From Eledone cirrhosa (taxonomy: Eukaryota): DNA of 64,000 nucleotides. The DNA lies in NCBI GenBank assembly GCA_964016885.1, contig CAXHJY010000765.1, positions 31,206-95,205 of the forward strand. The letters run 5' to 3'. Shown here piece by piece: positions 35,497 to 48,366 of the stretch (the stretch's first letter is position 1; every line of letters starts with the position of its first letter). The notes under the pieces are model-generated. The model was not told the origin of the DNA and did not search any database. It was given only the letters and a program-made list of their open reading frames with translations. A program made the position numbers and the translations under genes.

Positions 35497-35913
35497 TATA
35501 TACATATACATATATAAATATATATACATATACATATATAAATATATATACATATACATATATAAATATATATACATATACATATATAAATATATATACA
35601 TATACATATATAAATATATATACATATACATATATAAATATATATACATATACATATATAAATATATATACATATACATATATAAATATATACACATATA
35701 CATATATAAATATATACACATATACATATATAAATATATACACATATACATATATAAATATATACACATATACATATATAAATATATACACATATACATA
35801 TATAAATATATATATATATACATATACATATATAAATATATATATATATACATATACATATATAAATATATATATATATACATATACATATATAAATATA
35901 TATATATATATAC

Positions 35914-35944
<31 letters not shown>

Positions 35945-35952
35945 CATATATA

Positions 35953-35986
<34 letters not shown>

Positions 35987-36717
35987 CATATACATATATA
36001 AATATATATATATATACATATACATATATAAATATATATATATATACATATACATATATAAATATATATATATATACATATACATATATAAATATATATA
36101 TATATACATATACATATATAAATATATATATATATACATATACATATATAAATATATATATATATACATATACATATATAAATATATATATATACATATA
36201 TAAATATATATATATACATATACATATATAAATATATATATATATACATATACATATATAAATATATATATATATACATATACATATATAAATATATATA
36301 TATATACATATACATATATAAATATATATATATATACATATACATATACAAATATATATATATATACATATACATATATAAATATATACATATATAAATA
36401 TATATATATATACATATATAAATATATATATATATACATATACATATATAAATATATAAATATATACATATATAAATATATATATATATACATATACATA
36501 TATAAATATATAAATATATATATATATACATATACAAATATATATATATATACATATATAAATATATACATATACATATATAAATATATACATATACATA
36601 TATAAATATATATATATATACATATACAAATATATATATATATACATATACAAATATATACATATACATATATAAATATATATACATATACAAATATATA
36701 TATATATACATATATAA

Positions 36718-36780
<63 letters not shown>

Positions 36781-36794
36781 CATATACATATATA

Positions 36795-36826
<32 letters not shown>

Positions 36827-36834
36827 CATATATA

Positions 36835-36866
<32 letters not shown>

Positions 36867-36926
36867 CATATACATATATACATATACATATATAAATACA
36901 TATATATATATACATATACATATATA

Positions 36927-36958
<32 letters not shown>

Positions 36959-37197
36959 CATATATATATACATATACATATATATATATACATATATATA
37001 TACATATATACATATATAAATACACATATATACATATATACATATACATATACATATATATATATATATACATATATAAATATATATACATATATAAATA
37101 TATATATATACATATACATATATATATATATACATATACATATATATATATATACATATACATATATAAATATATATATATACATATACATATATAA

Positions 37198-37228
<31 letters not shown>

Positions 37229-37229
37229 A

Positions 37230-37260
<31 letters not shown>

Positions 37261-37261
37261 A

Positions 37262-37292
<31 letters not shown>

Positions 37293-37568
37293 AATATATA
37301 TATACATATATAAATATATAAATATATATATACATATATATATACATATACATATACATATATATATATACATATACATATATATATACATATACATATA
37401 TAAATATATATATACATATACACATACATATATATATATATATACATATATATATACATATACATATACATATATACATATATATATACATATACATATA
37501 CATATATATATACATATACATATACATATATATATATACATATACATATATATATATACATATACATA

Positions 37569-37600
<32 letters not shown>

Positions 37601-37640
37601 CATTATACATATACATATATATATATACATATACATATAC

Positions 37641-37707
<67 letters not shown>

Positions 37708-37727
37708 TATACATATACATATATATA

Positions 37728-37758
<31 letters not shown>

Positions 37759-38365
37759 ATACATATACATATATATATATACATATACATATACAAATAT
37801 ATATATACATATACAAATATATATATACATATACAAATATATACATATATACATATACAAATATATACATATATAAATATATATATATATACATATATAA
37901 ATATATATATATATACATATATAAATATATATATATATACATATATAAATATATATATATATACATATATAAATATATATATATATACATATACATATAC
38001 ATATATATACATATACATATATATATACATATACATATACATATATATACATATACATATATATATACATATACATATACATATATATACATATACATAT
38101 ATATATACATATACATATATATATACATACATATATATATATACATACATATATATATACATACATATATATATACATACATATACACATACATATATAT
38201 ATACATACATATACATACATATACATATACATACACATATACATACATATATACATACATATATACATACATACATATACATACATATATACATACATAC
38301 ATATATACATACATACATACATATATACATACATACATACATACATACATACATACATACATACA

Positions 38366-38397
<32 letters not shown>

Positions 38398-39759
38398 CAT
38401 ATACATATATATATACATACATATATATATACATATACACATATACACATATACACATATACACATATACACATATATACATATATACATATACAAACAT
38501 ACATATACAAACATACATATACAAACATACATATACAAACATACATATACAAACATACATATACAAACATACATATACAAACATACATATACAAACATAC
38601 ATATACAAACATACATATACAAACATACATATATAAACATACATATATAAACATACATATATAAACATACATATATAAACATACATATATAAACATACAT
38701 ATATAAACATACATATATAAACATACATATATAAACATACATATATAAATATACATATATAAATATACATATATAAATATACATATATAAATATACATAT
38801 ATAAATATACATATATAAATATACATATATAAATATACATATATAAATATACATATATAAATATACATATATAAATATACATATATAAATATACATATAT
38901 AAATATACATATATAAATATACATATATAAATATACATATATAAATATACATATATAAATATACATATATAAATATACATATATAAATATACATATATAA
39001 ATATACATATATAAATATACATATATAAATATACATATATAAATATACATATATAAATATACATATATAAATATACATATATAAATATACATATATACAT
39101 ATATAAATATACATATATACATATACATATATACATATACATATATACATATATAAATATACATATATACATATACATATATACATATACATATATACAT
39201 ATATAAATATACATATATAAATATACATATATAAATATACATATATAAATATACATATATAAATATACATATATAAATATACATATATAAATATACATAT
39301 ATAAATATACATATATAAATATACATATATAAATATACATATATAAATATACATATATAAATATACATATATAAATATACATATATAAATATACATATAT
39401 AAATATACATATATAAATATACATATATAAATATACATATATAAATATACATATATAAATATACATATATAAATATACATATATAAATATACATATATAA
39501 ATATACATATATAAATATACATATATAAATATACATATATAAATATACATATATAAATATACATATATAAATATACATATATAAATATATACATATATAA
39601 ATATACATATATAAATATACATATACAAATATACATATACATACATATATAAATATACATATATAAATATACATATATAAATATACATATATAAATATAC
39701 ATATATACAAATATATATATATATATATACATATTAATATATATATATATATACATATT

Positions 39760-39807
<48 letters not shown>

Positions 39808-40004
39808 TATATAAATATATATATATAAATATAAATATATATATATATAAATATAAATATAAATATATATATATATAAATATAAATATATATATATATAA
39901 ATATAAAGATATATATATAAATATATATAAATATAAATATATATAAATATAAATATATATAAATAAATATATAAATATATATAAATATATATAAATATAT
40001 ATAT
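35497..40004. repeat. ~4.5 kb TA-derived satellite with successive homogeneous blocks
   Basis: Blocks of ~24-28-bp CATATACATATATAAATATATA.. units, then (CATA)n, then 14-bp units ACATACATATACAA, ACATATATAAACAT and ACATATATAAATAT. Confidence 0.97.
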
Positions 40005-40187
40005 CTCACCTCTACTTTTGAAAAGCAGAAGAACTGCGAAACCGGTAAAGGGACCAAATAAATATATATATATTTTTAAAAATAAGACTCGAGTTGCATT
40101 TTCGATTTCATCTTTTTTTCTTTATACTTTCACTCGTGTGGGACACCTCGGTTATTTTTTATTTTGTAAAAAACCTCACTTTCTAAT
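40005..40187 (+). mobile_element. Penelope-like pLTR 3' remnant (same family as 23111-23473)
   Basis: High identity to the 23111-23300 minus copy; same 3' end ..CCTCACTTTCTAAT|(AT)n. Confidence 0.7.
40015..40051 (+). ncRNA. Hammerhead ribozyme variant with U3-A8 core
   Basis: CTT-TTGAAAA-GCAG-AAGAA-CTGC-GAAA-C-CG-G-TA^AAG: stem II GCAG/CTGC, palindromic stem III ACCGGT, GUA triplet, 3-bp stem I. Confidence 0.65.
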
Positions 40188-40624
40188 ATATATATATATA
40201 TAAACATATATAATATATATATATAATTGCATATACAAAAAAAAAATGCATTTACCCCCAGCTAATGTTTATTGTAATTTATCTAAGATTATTTTAAACA
40301 AGTTCGAGAACTCTTTTTGTGTGCTACACAACACTAACCAGCCTTAGCTCCACAGTTGTAGTAATAGTAACTTTTTTTTTAAACAGTTTTATTTTACTTT
40401 CACATTCGCCTAATTATTTATTTTATTTCCAGTCTTATTCCTGTATTGTATATCATGATGGCAGGAGATCATTCCAACCATGCATACAGCTGCTTTCATT
40501 TAGGAACTGTGCTATTGCATACATACAGTGAAGTATTATTTGTGTCATCCACTTTCTAGGGAGAAATTCGTGAAGGAAATAAAGAAGAAAAATAAAACCA
40601 TCCTAGCACTACACGGAACCACAC

Positions 40625-40855
40625 AGAGAGAGCGAGAGAAAGAGAGAAAGAGAGAGAGAGAGAGAGAGACAAGAGGAAAGAAGAGGGAGAGAGAGAGAAG
40701 GGGAAAGAAGAGGGAGAGGAGAGAGAGAGAGAGGGCGAGGAGAGTGAGGAGGGAGAGAGTGAGGAGCGAGAGGGTGAGGAGGGAGCGAGCGAGGAGGGAG
40801 CGAGCGAGCGAGGAAAAAAGAGTGGGCTATGGCCGAGGGAGAGAGGTGGAGTGAA
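40625..40855. repeat. Degenerate GA-rich tract
   Basis: Directly visible. Confidence 0.9.
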
Positions 40856-40928
40856 AGACAGGAAGCACGAGAAAGGGTCGAGAGTTATAGGGTGAAAAAG
40901 AAAAGGACGCGAGATAGAAAAGGGGTCG

Positions 40929-41115
40929 ATAAATAGAGAGACATAATTGTCTCTACTTTAGGCACAAGGCCAGCAATTAACCAGTGCATTACTGGTACTT
41001 TATTTTATCGACATAAATAGAGAGACATAATTGTCTCTACTTTAGGCACAAGGCCAGCAATTAACCAGTGCATTACTGGTACTTTATTTTATCGACATAA
41101 ATAGAGAGACATAAT
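40929..41115 (-). mobile_element. Tandemly duplicated 5'-truncated SINE (84-bp period)
   Basis: ATAAATAGAGAGACATAAT at 40929, 41013 and 41097, alternating with two identical SINE 3' fragments. Confidence 0.8.
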
Positions 41116-41623
41116 GTAAGCGAGAGAGAGACAATAGTGAATCAGATGGTGGGAGCAGGAAATAAAATCACATTATAAATTGAACGTAAATATAATGTCA
41201 AAATGATAAAATGAATGTAAAAAAAAAAAAACCCCCAGAAAACGGATGAAGAGAATACTTGAAGCGTGTATATACATAAATAGACATACATACTTTGAGG
41301 TCACAAACATACAGTCGTACACGCAAACAAAATTATATGTGAATACATATATATGCGAATGCTTGCATATATGTACATACATTCAAACAATAGACGTACA
41401 TGTCCATGTACATGTATGCAGATACATATGTAAGCATAGGATGACACATATATAGCATGTCACTGGGAGTTCGATATATTTCTTTCCGATGAGAGTATAT
41501 TATATATATATATATCGTTTCTGAATTTGTTTAGCAAGGTTCTTTATCTGAAAACATGTATATATATATATAAATAAATGTATTTATACATATACACACA
41601 CATTATATAAATATATATATGTG

Positions 41624-41895
41624 TGTAAGTATGTATGTATACGCACATACATATATGTATACAGACGTACAGTAGTATGTATATATATACATACATGTAC
41701 ACACATATATATATATATATATGTACGTATCGGTTTACCGAATATTTATTATAATGGTCGATTTGTTTGTTTTGAACAAAAGGGCAACGATGGTTGCTAA
41801 ACACTGTACGGCTTAATTCGGGCTGTTTGTTAACAAACAAACCGAACATTATAACAAATGTTCGGTAAACCGATACGTAGATATATATATATGTG

Positions 41896-41936
<41 letters not shown>

Positions 41937-42046
41937 TACTGTACGTCTGTATACATATATGTATGTGCGTATACATACATACTTACATTTAAGTAACTGC
42001 CGTACTAAGAGTGAGAAATGAAATTTCGTTTAATTTTTTCCGTTTA
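41624..42046 (+). mobile_element. Penelope-like pLTR remnant homologous to the 421-bp unit, with inverted partial copy
   Basis: 41772-42046 aligns by eye to the unit of 55173-56796 and ends identically (TTTTTTCCGTTTA|TATATA). 41624-41771 is the reverse complement of 41832-41987. Confidence 0.75.
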
Positions 42047-42301
42047 TATATATATAAATTTATTTATACACATACATACGTTTATATACGTATGCAAAGT
42101 GGATGAAACGACAAATAAAAATACAATAACGCTTTTTCTTTATTTAATTCTAAAGAATTCTAGAAATTGAAGTAGGAAGAAAAACCAGCGGCAATGGAAA
42201 AAGATAAGATCATTTTTTTGTAACTTTTCTTAGTCCTTTTTTTGGAAAAAAAAAAAACTGACTTAACCAATAGTCATTTATTTAACATTTAAATATAGGA
42301 A

Positions 42302-42337
<36 letters not shown>

Positions 42338-42675
42338 AAGTATCCCTCCTACTCACACCCACCCACATTATGCATGTATGTATGTATGCATAGATAGATA
42401 GATAGATAGATATGTTTCTTTTATTTACCACTAGGGCATCAAAAGTGGGACAAGTACAAAGGGGGGAGTTTACACAAAAAGGCGTCCTCAATAAGGAAGA
42501 GGCAATAACAAAATATAAAAATAAAATAAGATATAACAAAAAATAAAATTTATAACAAAATCCTCAATAGAGAGGAGGCGCCTTGGGGGGTCGCACACAC
42601 CCCCGAAAAAGTGTGCAACCCTTCTCCTCAGGAGCACAGAGAAGGGGTGCTCCCTTGGTCTTTCATCTTCCTCAC

Positions 42676-45600
42676 CTATAGTCTGATGTAGAGTGAAGGC
42701 CCATTCACACGGGCCATTCTCGCCACTTTCACCCATCTTTCATAGAAACGGCTGGGGTGCAGCACCTCTCTCTCCATCCTGATCCTTCTTCCGAAATGAT
42801 ATCGGAAGAAACGGACCAGTTGTTGGCCAGAGAGAAAGGTGCCTGACCTCAGTCCTTTCAGACGCGTCCACCATACAACCTCTTTCGCCATGGCTATTAC
42901 GCACAGAAACACCGCCTCTGCTTCATCTTTGAAGGGGGGAGGCGGCTTGATCATTACAATAGACTCGGTGGTCAACCGGATCGGTCCCACCCTTGACAGC
43001 AGTTGTTCGACATAGCCCCGCAGATCGGCTACGCCCGAGCAGTGTACCAATGCGTGTGCAACGGTTTCCTCGTCGCACACGCATCTGGGACAGATCTTTT
43101 TGGCGGGGTCCCTACCCGGGCGCCCGTGTCTGTAGAGCCTTTCTCGAACGGGTAAAGCCCCTCGGTAGCACTGCCAGGCCAGGGACTTCTGGAAGTTGTC
43201 CATAGGTCCCGGGCTGAATGTCCTACCGAACAGGCCGGCCAGTTCGTCCTCCTCCATGTCTAGGGCTTCTCCGAGGGCGTCGTCGCACCTGCTGCGTACC
43301 AGCCCTCTATAGAATGTTGCGGTGGAGTCCCCACTGATAACCGGATCCGCCTGTCAGAGGGCGGTGAGCGCCTGGGCACACTCAGTGTGCCAGGCGCCCA
43401 GTTTTCTCGGTCTTTGCTTGACCCAGGATTGCAGCTCGGTGAGTGAGACGAGTCTGGGAAAGGTTCGTTTCACAAACGAGGCCCACACCGGTTGTCCGGT
43501 GAGGAATACGTAGAGGTGCCGTAGCCTTAATGCGTGTTTACGCATCATTAGCCACGGCATCCCCAGCCCTCCTTTCGAAGGGTGTTGACAGCAGATGGAT
43601 CTCCTCACCATAGGAGCCCGCCTCTTCCAAAGGAATTAGAAGAGCGCGCGCTCCATCTTGGTGAGGGTTTCCCTTGGGCAGGGCACTACGGTCAGGCGGT
43701 AGTAGATGACGGACGCTATGTAGGTGTTCGCCACCTCCGCCCGACCTTTCAGGGATAGTTTGCAACTGGCCCACTTCTGGGTCAGTGCAAACACCCTGTT
43801 CGTAACCTCAGCCCAGTTTTTCTCCACCTGGAGGTCCGGTCCGAACCAGACCCCGAGCAACTTCACCGGGCCCTCCGTCCAGCGTCCGACGACGCCATCG
43901 GAGGGCATCGGTCTGCCCCTCCACGTGCCGAGTTGCAACCCGATCGACTTGTCCCGGTTCAGCTTAGCCCCTGTGAACTTTTCGTACTCCTCCAGTAAGG
44001 TGCCGACCGCCTCGATTTCGGAGGCCGTCGACACCATTACTGTCACGTCATCGGCGTAGGCCGACACCGCTTTCCGCAATCCCGGTTCCAAAGGGATGCC
44101 CTGCAACAACTCCAACTTCCGCAGTAGTGGCTCGAGAGTCAACACATACAGAAGGGAGGAGAGAGGGCACCCTTGTCGGATGGACCGCGCGATTTTGAAC
44201 TGCTCCGAGAGGTAGCCGTTCACCTTGACCGTAGAGCAGATGCGGCTGCTGTGCATAGCAGTGATCCAGCCCCTGAAAACGGGTCCGAAGCCTGCCGCCG
44301 CTAGCACCGCATCCAGGTAACCATGGTCGACCCTATCGAACGCCTTAGATTGATCCAAGTTGATCAGAGCCCCACCAGGTTGCCCACGACAAGCGCCAAC
44401 CTCTTTGCTAGCACCTTGGCCAAAATCTGTAACTCTGTATTTAGCAGTGTTATGGGCCTGAAGTTACTTATTTCGTCCCCCTTGTTCTCGTCCTTCCTCA
44501 CTAGCGTGACTACGCCCTTGGTCACAGTACAGGGAATTCTCCCGTTCTGTTGCCAGTTGCAGTAGACCGCCTCGAGGAGATCGGGGAACAAGTCCGGCAT
44601 AGCTAGATATAATTCGTAAGGAAGACCATCGAGACCCGGGGATTTGCGTTTGCCGCATTGGCTCAGCACGTCCTCTATCTCAGCGGCCGAAATCGGCTCC
44701 TCGCAGGACTTCGCCTCCCTATCCGAGAGGCGCGGCAGGCCGTCGAGGTATGGACCGAAGTCCACGTTCCCAACCGGCTCCCCGCCCCTCCCGAACAGTC
44801 GGGCAAAGTGCCTTTGAAAGGCCTCACACATCTGCTTAGGCTCAAGAATCGCCCGTCCATCCAGGTCTCGCAAAGACCGGATGGTGGGTTTAGTTCCACT
44901 GTTGGCCTCTGTCACGCGGGCCCAGCTAACAGCTTTGGTCCCCTCGTTCCTAGAGCACGTATTTTACTTCGGACAACGCAGCCTTCGTGCTTCGCGTCGA
45001 AAAACTGGCTCAAAGCCGTTCTCGACGCTAGCACTCTGGCCACGTCGCCGCTTCTAATTGCCTCTTCTACTCTATCTATTAGCTCCCTTTCCTTCCTATT
45101 CCTATCCGCGGCTAGAACCTTACTAAATTCTATTGAGACTACTCTAATCTCTCTCTTTAGAGATACCCACCACCTGCTGTTGACGATCGCTCCAGTCAAC
45201 CGTTCCTTAACTAACGTACTAATCCGATTCCTGTAGGCTCTACTTGCCGGCAAGGACAAGTTGAGCTTCCAGTAACCGGGGCCCTGTCTATGAGTTCTGT
45301 CAAGGTTGACCATGCAGGTCACTAATTTGTGGTCTGAATAGCCAACCATGCGCATTTTTGGACAACTTAAAAAGTCCTTATCCTTAATTCTAACTAAGAA
45401 CCTATCTAGGTACGACCTAGATGATCCGCTGCGATTTGCCCAAGTCCAGGTTGGCGCAGTCGGAAAATCTAGTCGATATCTATCGGCCAGGTCAAATCGA
45501 CCGATTAACCCTTTGAGGATATTACACCCCTCTCTATCGGGGCAGGCCCCTACGTAGTCCCAGCGTGCATCTAGGATACCATTCCAGTCCCCCACTAATA

Positions 45601-46003
45601 GCAAGGAGCGGGACGTCCCCAGAAAAGTCTCCAGACGATGGAAGAAGTCCGGCCGCATTGACCCGAAAGGGCCGTAGGCGGCTACCAACCTAAACGCTCC
45701 GCCTTTACCACTGCCAAGGTCCAGAACCACTAGTCGACCCTCCGGGTCCAAATGTACCATCTGTGTTGCGAGACCCAGATGTTTTTGCAGCAGAACGACA
45801 ACTCCACCCCCGGGCTGACAGAGAGATGCGTGCATCTCAAAGTCATCAAAGGTGGGGGCCAGCTGTCGCACGTTGCTGATCCGGGCCTCGCAAATAACCA
45901 TCACATCTATACGTTGTGACCTGAGGTCATTTAGAAGCATTGCTTGCTTCCAAGTTGAGCCCAGGCCACGCGCATTTAAACTGCCTACTCTTAGCATAGC
46001 CAT
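42676..46003 (-). pseudogene. Tx1-like ORF2 (APE + RT + C-terminal zinc motif), disrupted
   Basis: Motifs SLNARGL, GDWN, SRSYLDRF, SDHKLV, GPGYWKLN, KSPGLDGLPYE, NFRPITLLN, DQSKAFDRVDH, IRQGCPLS, AYADDV, GGLGMP, CPRC..ETVAHALVHC. Several frameshifts and a stop at 43636-43638. Confidence 0.92.
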
Positions 46004-46027
46004 GTTGGTGGTGAAGAGAAAAGGCAC

Positions 46028-47822
46028 TTACCTCTCTGCGTCCCGGGTATCGGGCTGCACAATTTCCATTAGGGTGGGGGATGGGTTGTTGGGTGGGGTG
46101 GTGGTTTGTGGAAGTGTGGGGCCATCAGTGTGTTGTGTGGTTGGGGAGCTTGGAGTTGTGTGGGTGTTTGGGGAGGGGGTGGGATAGTTTTTTAGGAGGA
46201 CGCGGTTAATGGGCCCGACGCAGGGGGGGGACCCACGTCCTCTTTAAAATTGTTTTTTAAAGTTTTATAGGTGTCCTGTGGGGCCTTAATCATTTTGAGG
46301 TGGGGGAAATCCCCTGCCTGGGTGAAGTTAGGCCCTTGTGTTTTTATTAGATTGTTGTTGTACACAATGTTTAACAGTTTTTTGTTTCTTGTATTTATGT
46401 ATGTGTATGCATGTTTTTGTTTTTGTGTGGTGTTTTTTGTTTGCTGTTGTTGTGAGCTCTTTTGTGTTGGTGTCAGTGTTATGTTTTGGGGAGGGTTTTT
46501 TTTCATTTGTGTGTCTGAGGTGTGTTTTCTTTTTTTTCTTTTGATTGTGTGGAAGTGCTCCTCCTCGTCTGACGACGAACTAGGGTCATCTTCCGCGTTG
46601 GAGGGGAGGGGTATATTTTCGGGTTGTGTTTGCGGTACGGGTGTTTTGGAAATTGTTTTTGTTTTTTGAGTGGAGGGGATGGGTTGGACATTGTTTTGTT
46701 TTGGTTTGAGCTGTGGTGGTTGTTTTTGTAGTGGTAGTGATTGTGTTGGTTGTGCAGTTGTTGGTGGTGTAGGCAGGATTGGGGTTTTCTTATTAAGTTG
46801 GGGACAGACAGCCCTCAGGTGACCTCTGGTTCCGCAGAGGTAACACGAGGGCCGTCTACCCTCAACGGTAATGTTGATGAAGGTTAGATCATCCAGTATG
46901 ACGCGTTCAGGGATCTGGGCGATCCTTTCGGGCCTCATTTGAACTACAAGTTCGAGGCTCGTTCCACTGAACGCGTCACCCGATGCCTTTCCCATGGACA
47001 CCAGCATGTCATCCTCCAGGTCCAGAAAACCTGTCAAAACCCACCATATGTCCATAATCGGCAGGATGGTGTGGATTTTTATTTTTTGTGTTCTTCTACC
47101 CATGTACGTAGGGTAGAAGGTGTATGCGGTGGATGTGATTGGTTTGATGGACAGTTTCACTGCTGTGTCCCTGTCCTTCATGAGAATGGATAGACTCCCG
47201 TAGAGTCTATCCTTCTGAATGAAGGTGATGTCCTTCATGACGTCTTTTAAAACCAGCTCTATCTCGCTCTGTGATGGTTGAGCTGGTTTTTTACTTTTGT
47301 TCGAGATTGTCCCAAACATGACCGTGTTTAGGAGTCTCTGGCTTTTTAGTTCCGGGGGGGGGGGGGGGAATGGATTGTGAATGAACCATTTTCCCCGTAC
47401 ACTATATATTTTTTCGCATCCGCCAGTAGCTCCTTCGCTTTTGTTATATCTACTGGCAGATAGTCGAGGGTTTTCCTTGTCGTCTCGGCGAAGGAGAAAT
47501 TTTGTTTGTTTGTGTTGTTGTTGTTGTCGTTGGTGGTGTTGTTATCATTGTTGTTGTTGTCACCGTTATTGGTCTTGTTGTTGTTATTGTTATTGTTATT
47601 GGTGTTGTTTTCGTCCGTCGCATTGTTGTTGTTGTTGCTGTTGCTGCTGGTTCTTTGGGTTGTTGCCATGGCAACGTCAAGTTGTCGGTTAACAGGTGGA
47701 GAGAATTCTTCCTCTGGCTGACCTATCTTCTTGACCTCTGCTACTGTGACAGTGGCAGGGGGAAGCTGTAAGTTCATCTTCCCCTTTCCTCCTTCGAATT
47801 TTGGTGAAGAAGCTTCGGCCAT
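46028..47822 (-). pseudogene. Tx1-like ORF1 (gag-like nucleic-acid-binding protein), frameshifted
   Basis: ORFs 47346-47822 and 46192-47319 join across a poly-G run at ~47354-47368. Zinc knuckle CYLCGTRGHLRAVC, Asn-rich (AAC)n region, Pro/Thr-rich tail in a shifted frame to a TAA at ~46028. Confidence 0.8.
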
Positions 47823-48040
47823 TTAAAAAAATATTGACTATTCAACAAGAAAAAACTTTTTTTTTTTTTGTTTAACTATTTCGCCTAAAGGCGTAGAATA
47901 TTTTGAGAGACTGACCAGATCAAAGTTTGACCTGGCAGTCCCTCTACAAAATGGTACAAAAATTAAAGTTATCAGACAAGAATTTCTATAGAAATTTAAA
48001 CAGAACTTACTCAGCAAGTTATACGCGTGTGTCCATCCCG

Positions 48041-48116
<76 letters not shown>

Positions 48117-48127
48117 ATTATCAGGAA

Positions 48128-48166
48128 CGTCCTGATGATTTCTTACGAATGAAACAGTTGTCCCGT
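48128..48166 (+). ncRNA. Degenerate hammerhead-like motif
   Basis: CTGATGA-T-TTC-TTAC-GAA-T-GAAA-C-AGTT-G-TC: core intact, but stem II is only 3 bp and stem I is poor. Confidence 0.4.
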
Positions 48167-48187
48167 AGAAATCATTTCTACAATAAA

Positions 48188-48366
48188 ATAATTGTTTCTA
48201 CTTTTGGCACAAGGCCAGCAATTAACCAGTGTATTACTGGTACTTTATTTTCTCGACCCCGTAAGCAACGTTAACCTCGGCGCGATTTGAACTCAGACCG
48301 CAATGGGACGTAACTATGCTGGAAAGCATGGCGTCCGACCCTCCACCGATATTGCCAATTCACCGA
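48188..48366 (-). mobile_element. Full-length tRNA-derived SINE
   Basis: Minus strand: CGGTGAATTGGCAATATCGG..GTCGGACGCCATGCTT..CTGAGTTCAAATCGCGCCGAGGTTAAC..GGGGTCGAG..AAGTACCAG..GGCCTTGTGCCAAAAGTAGAAACAATTATT. Confidence 0.8.

Larger units (their letters stand above)
42413..48040 (-). mobile_element. Near full-length (~5.6 kb) Tx1/L1-type LINE inserted in (GATA)n
   Basis: 5' UTR, ORF1 with CCHC knuckle, ORF2 APE-RT-C-terminal Cys motif, 3' UTR with AATAAA. (TAGA)n at 42391-42412 and 48041-48116. Confidence 0.92.

Noticed and set aside
42993-47771. Plus-strand ORFs overlapping the Tx1 element (and minus-strand ORFs over the other LINEs)
   Set aside because: Antisense shadows of retroelement coding sequence with no independent motifs.
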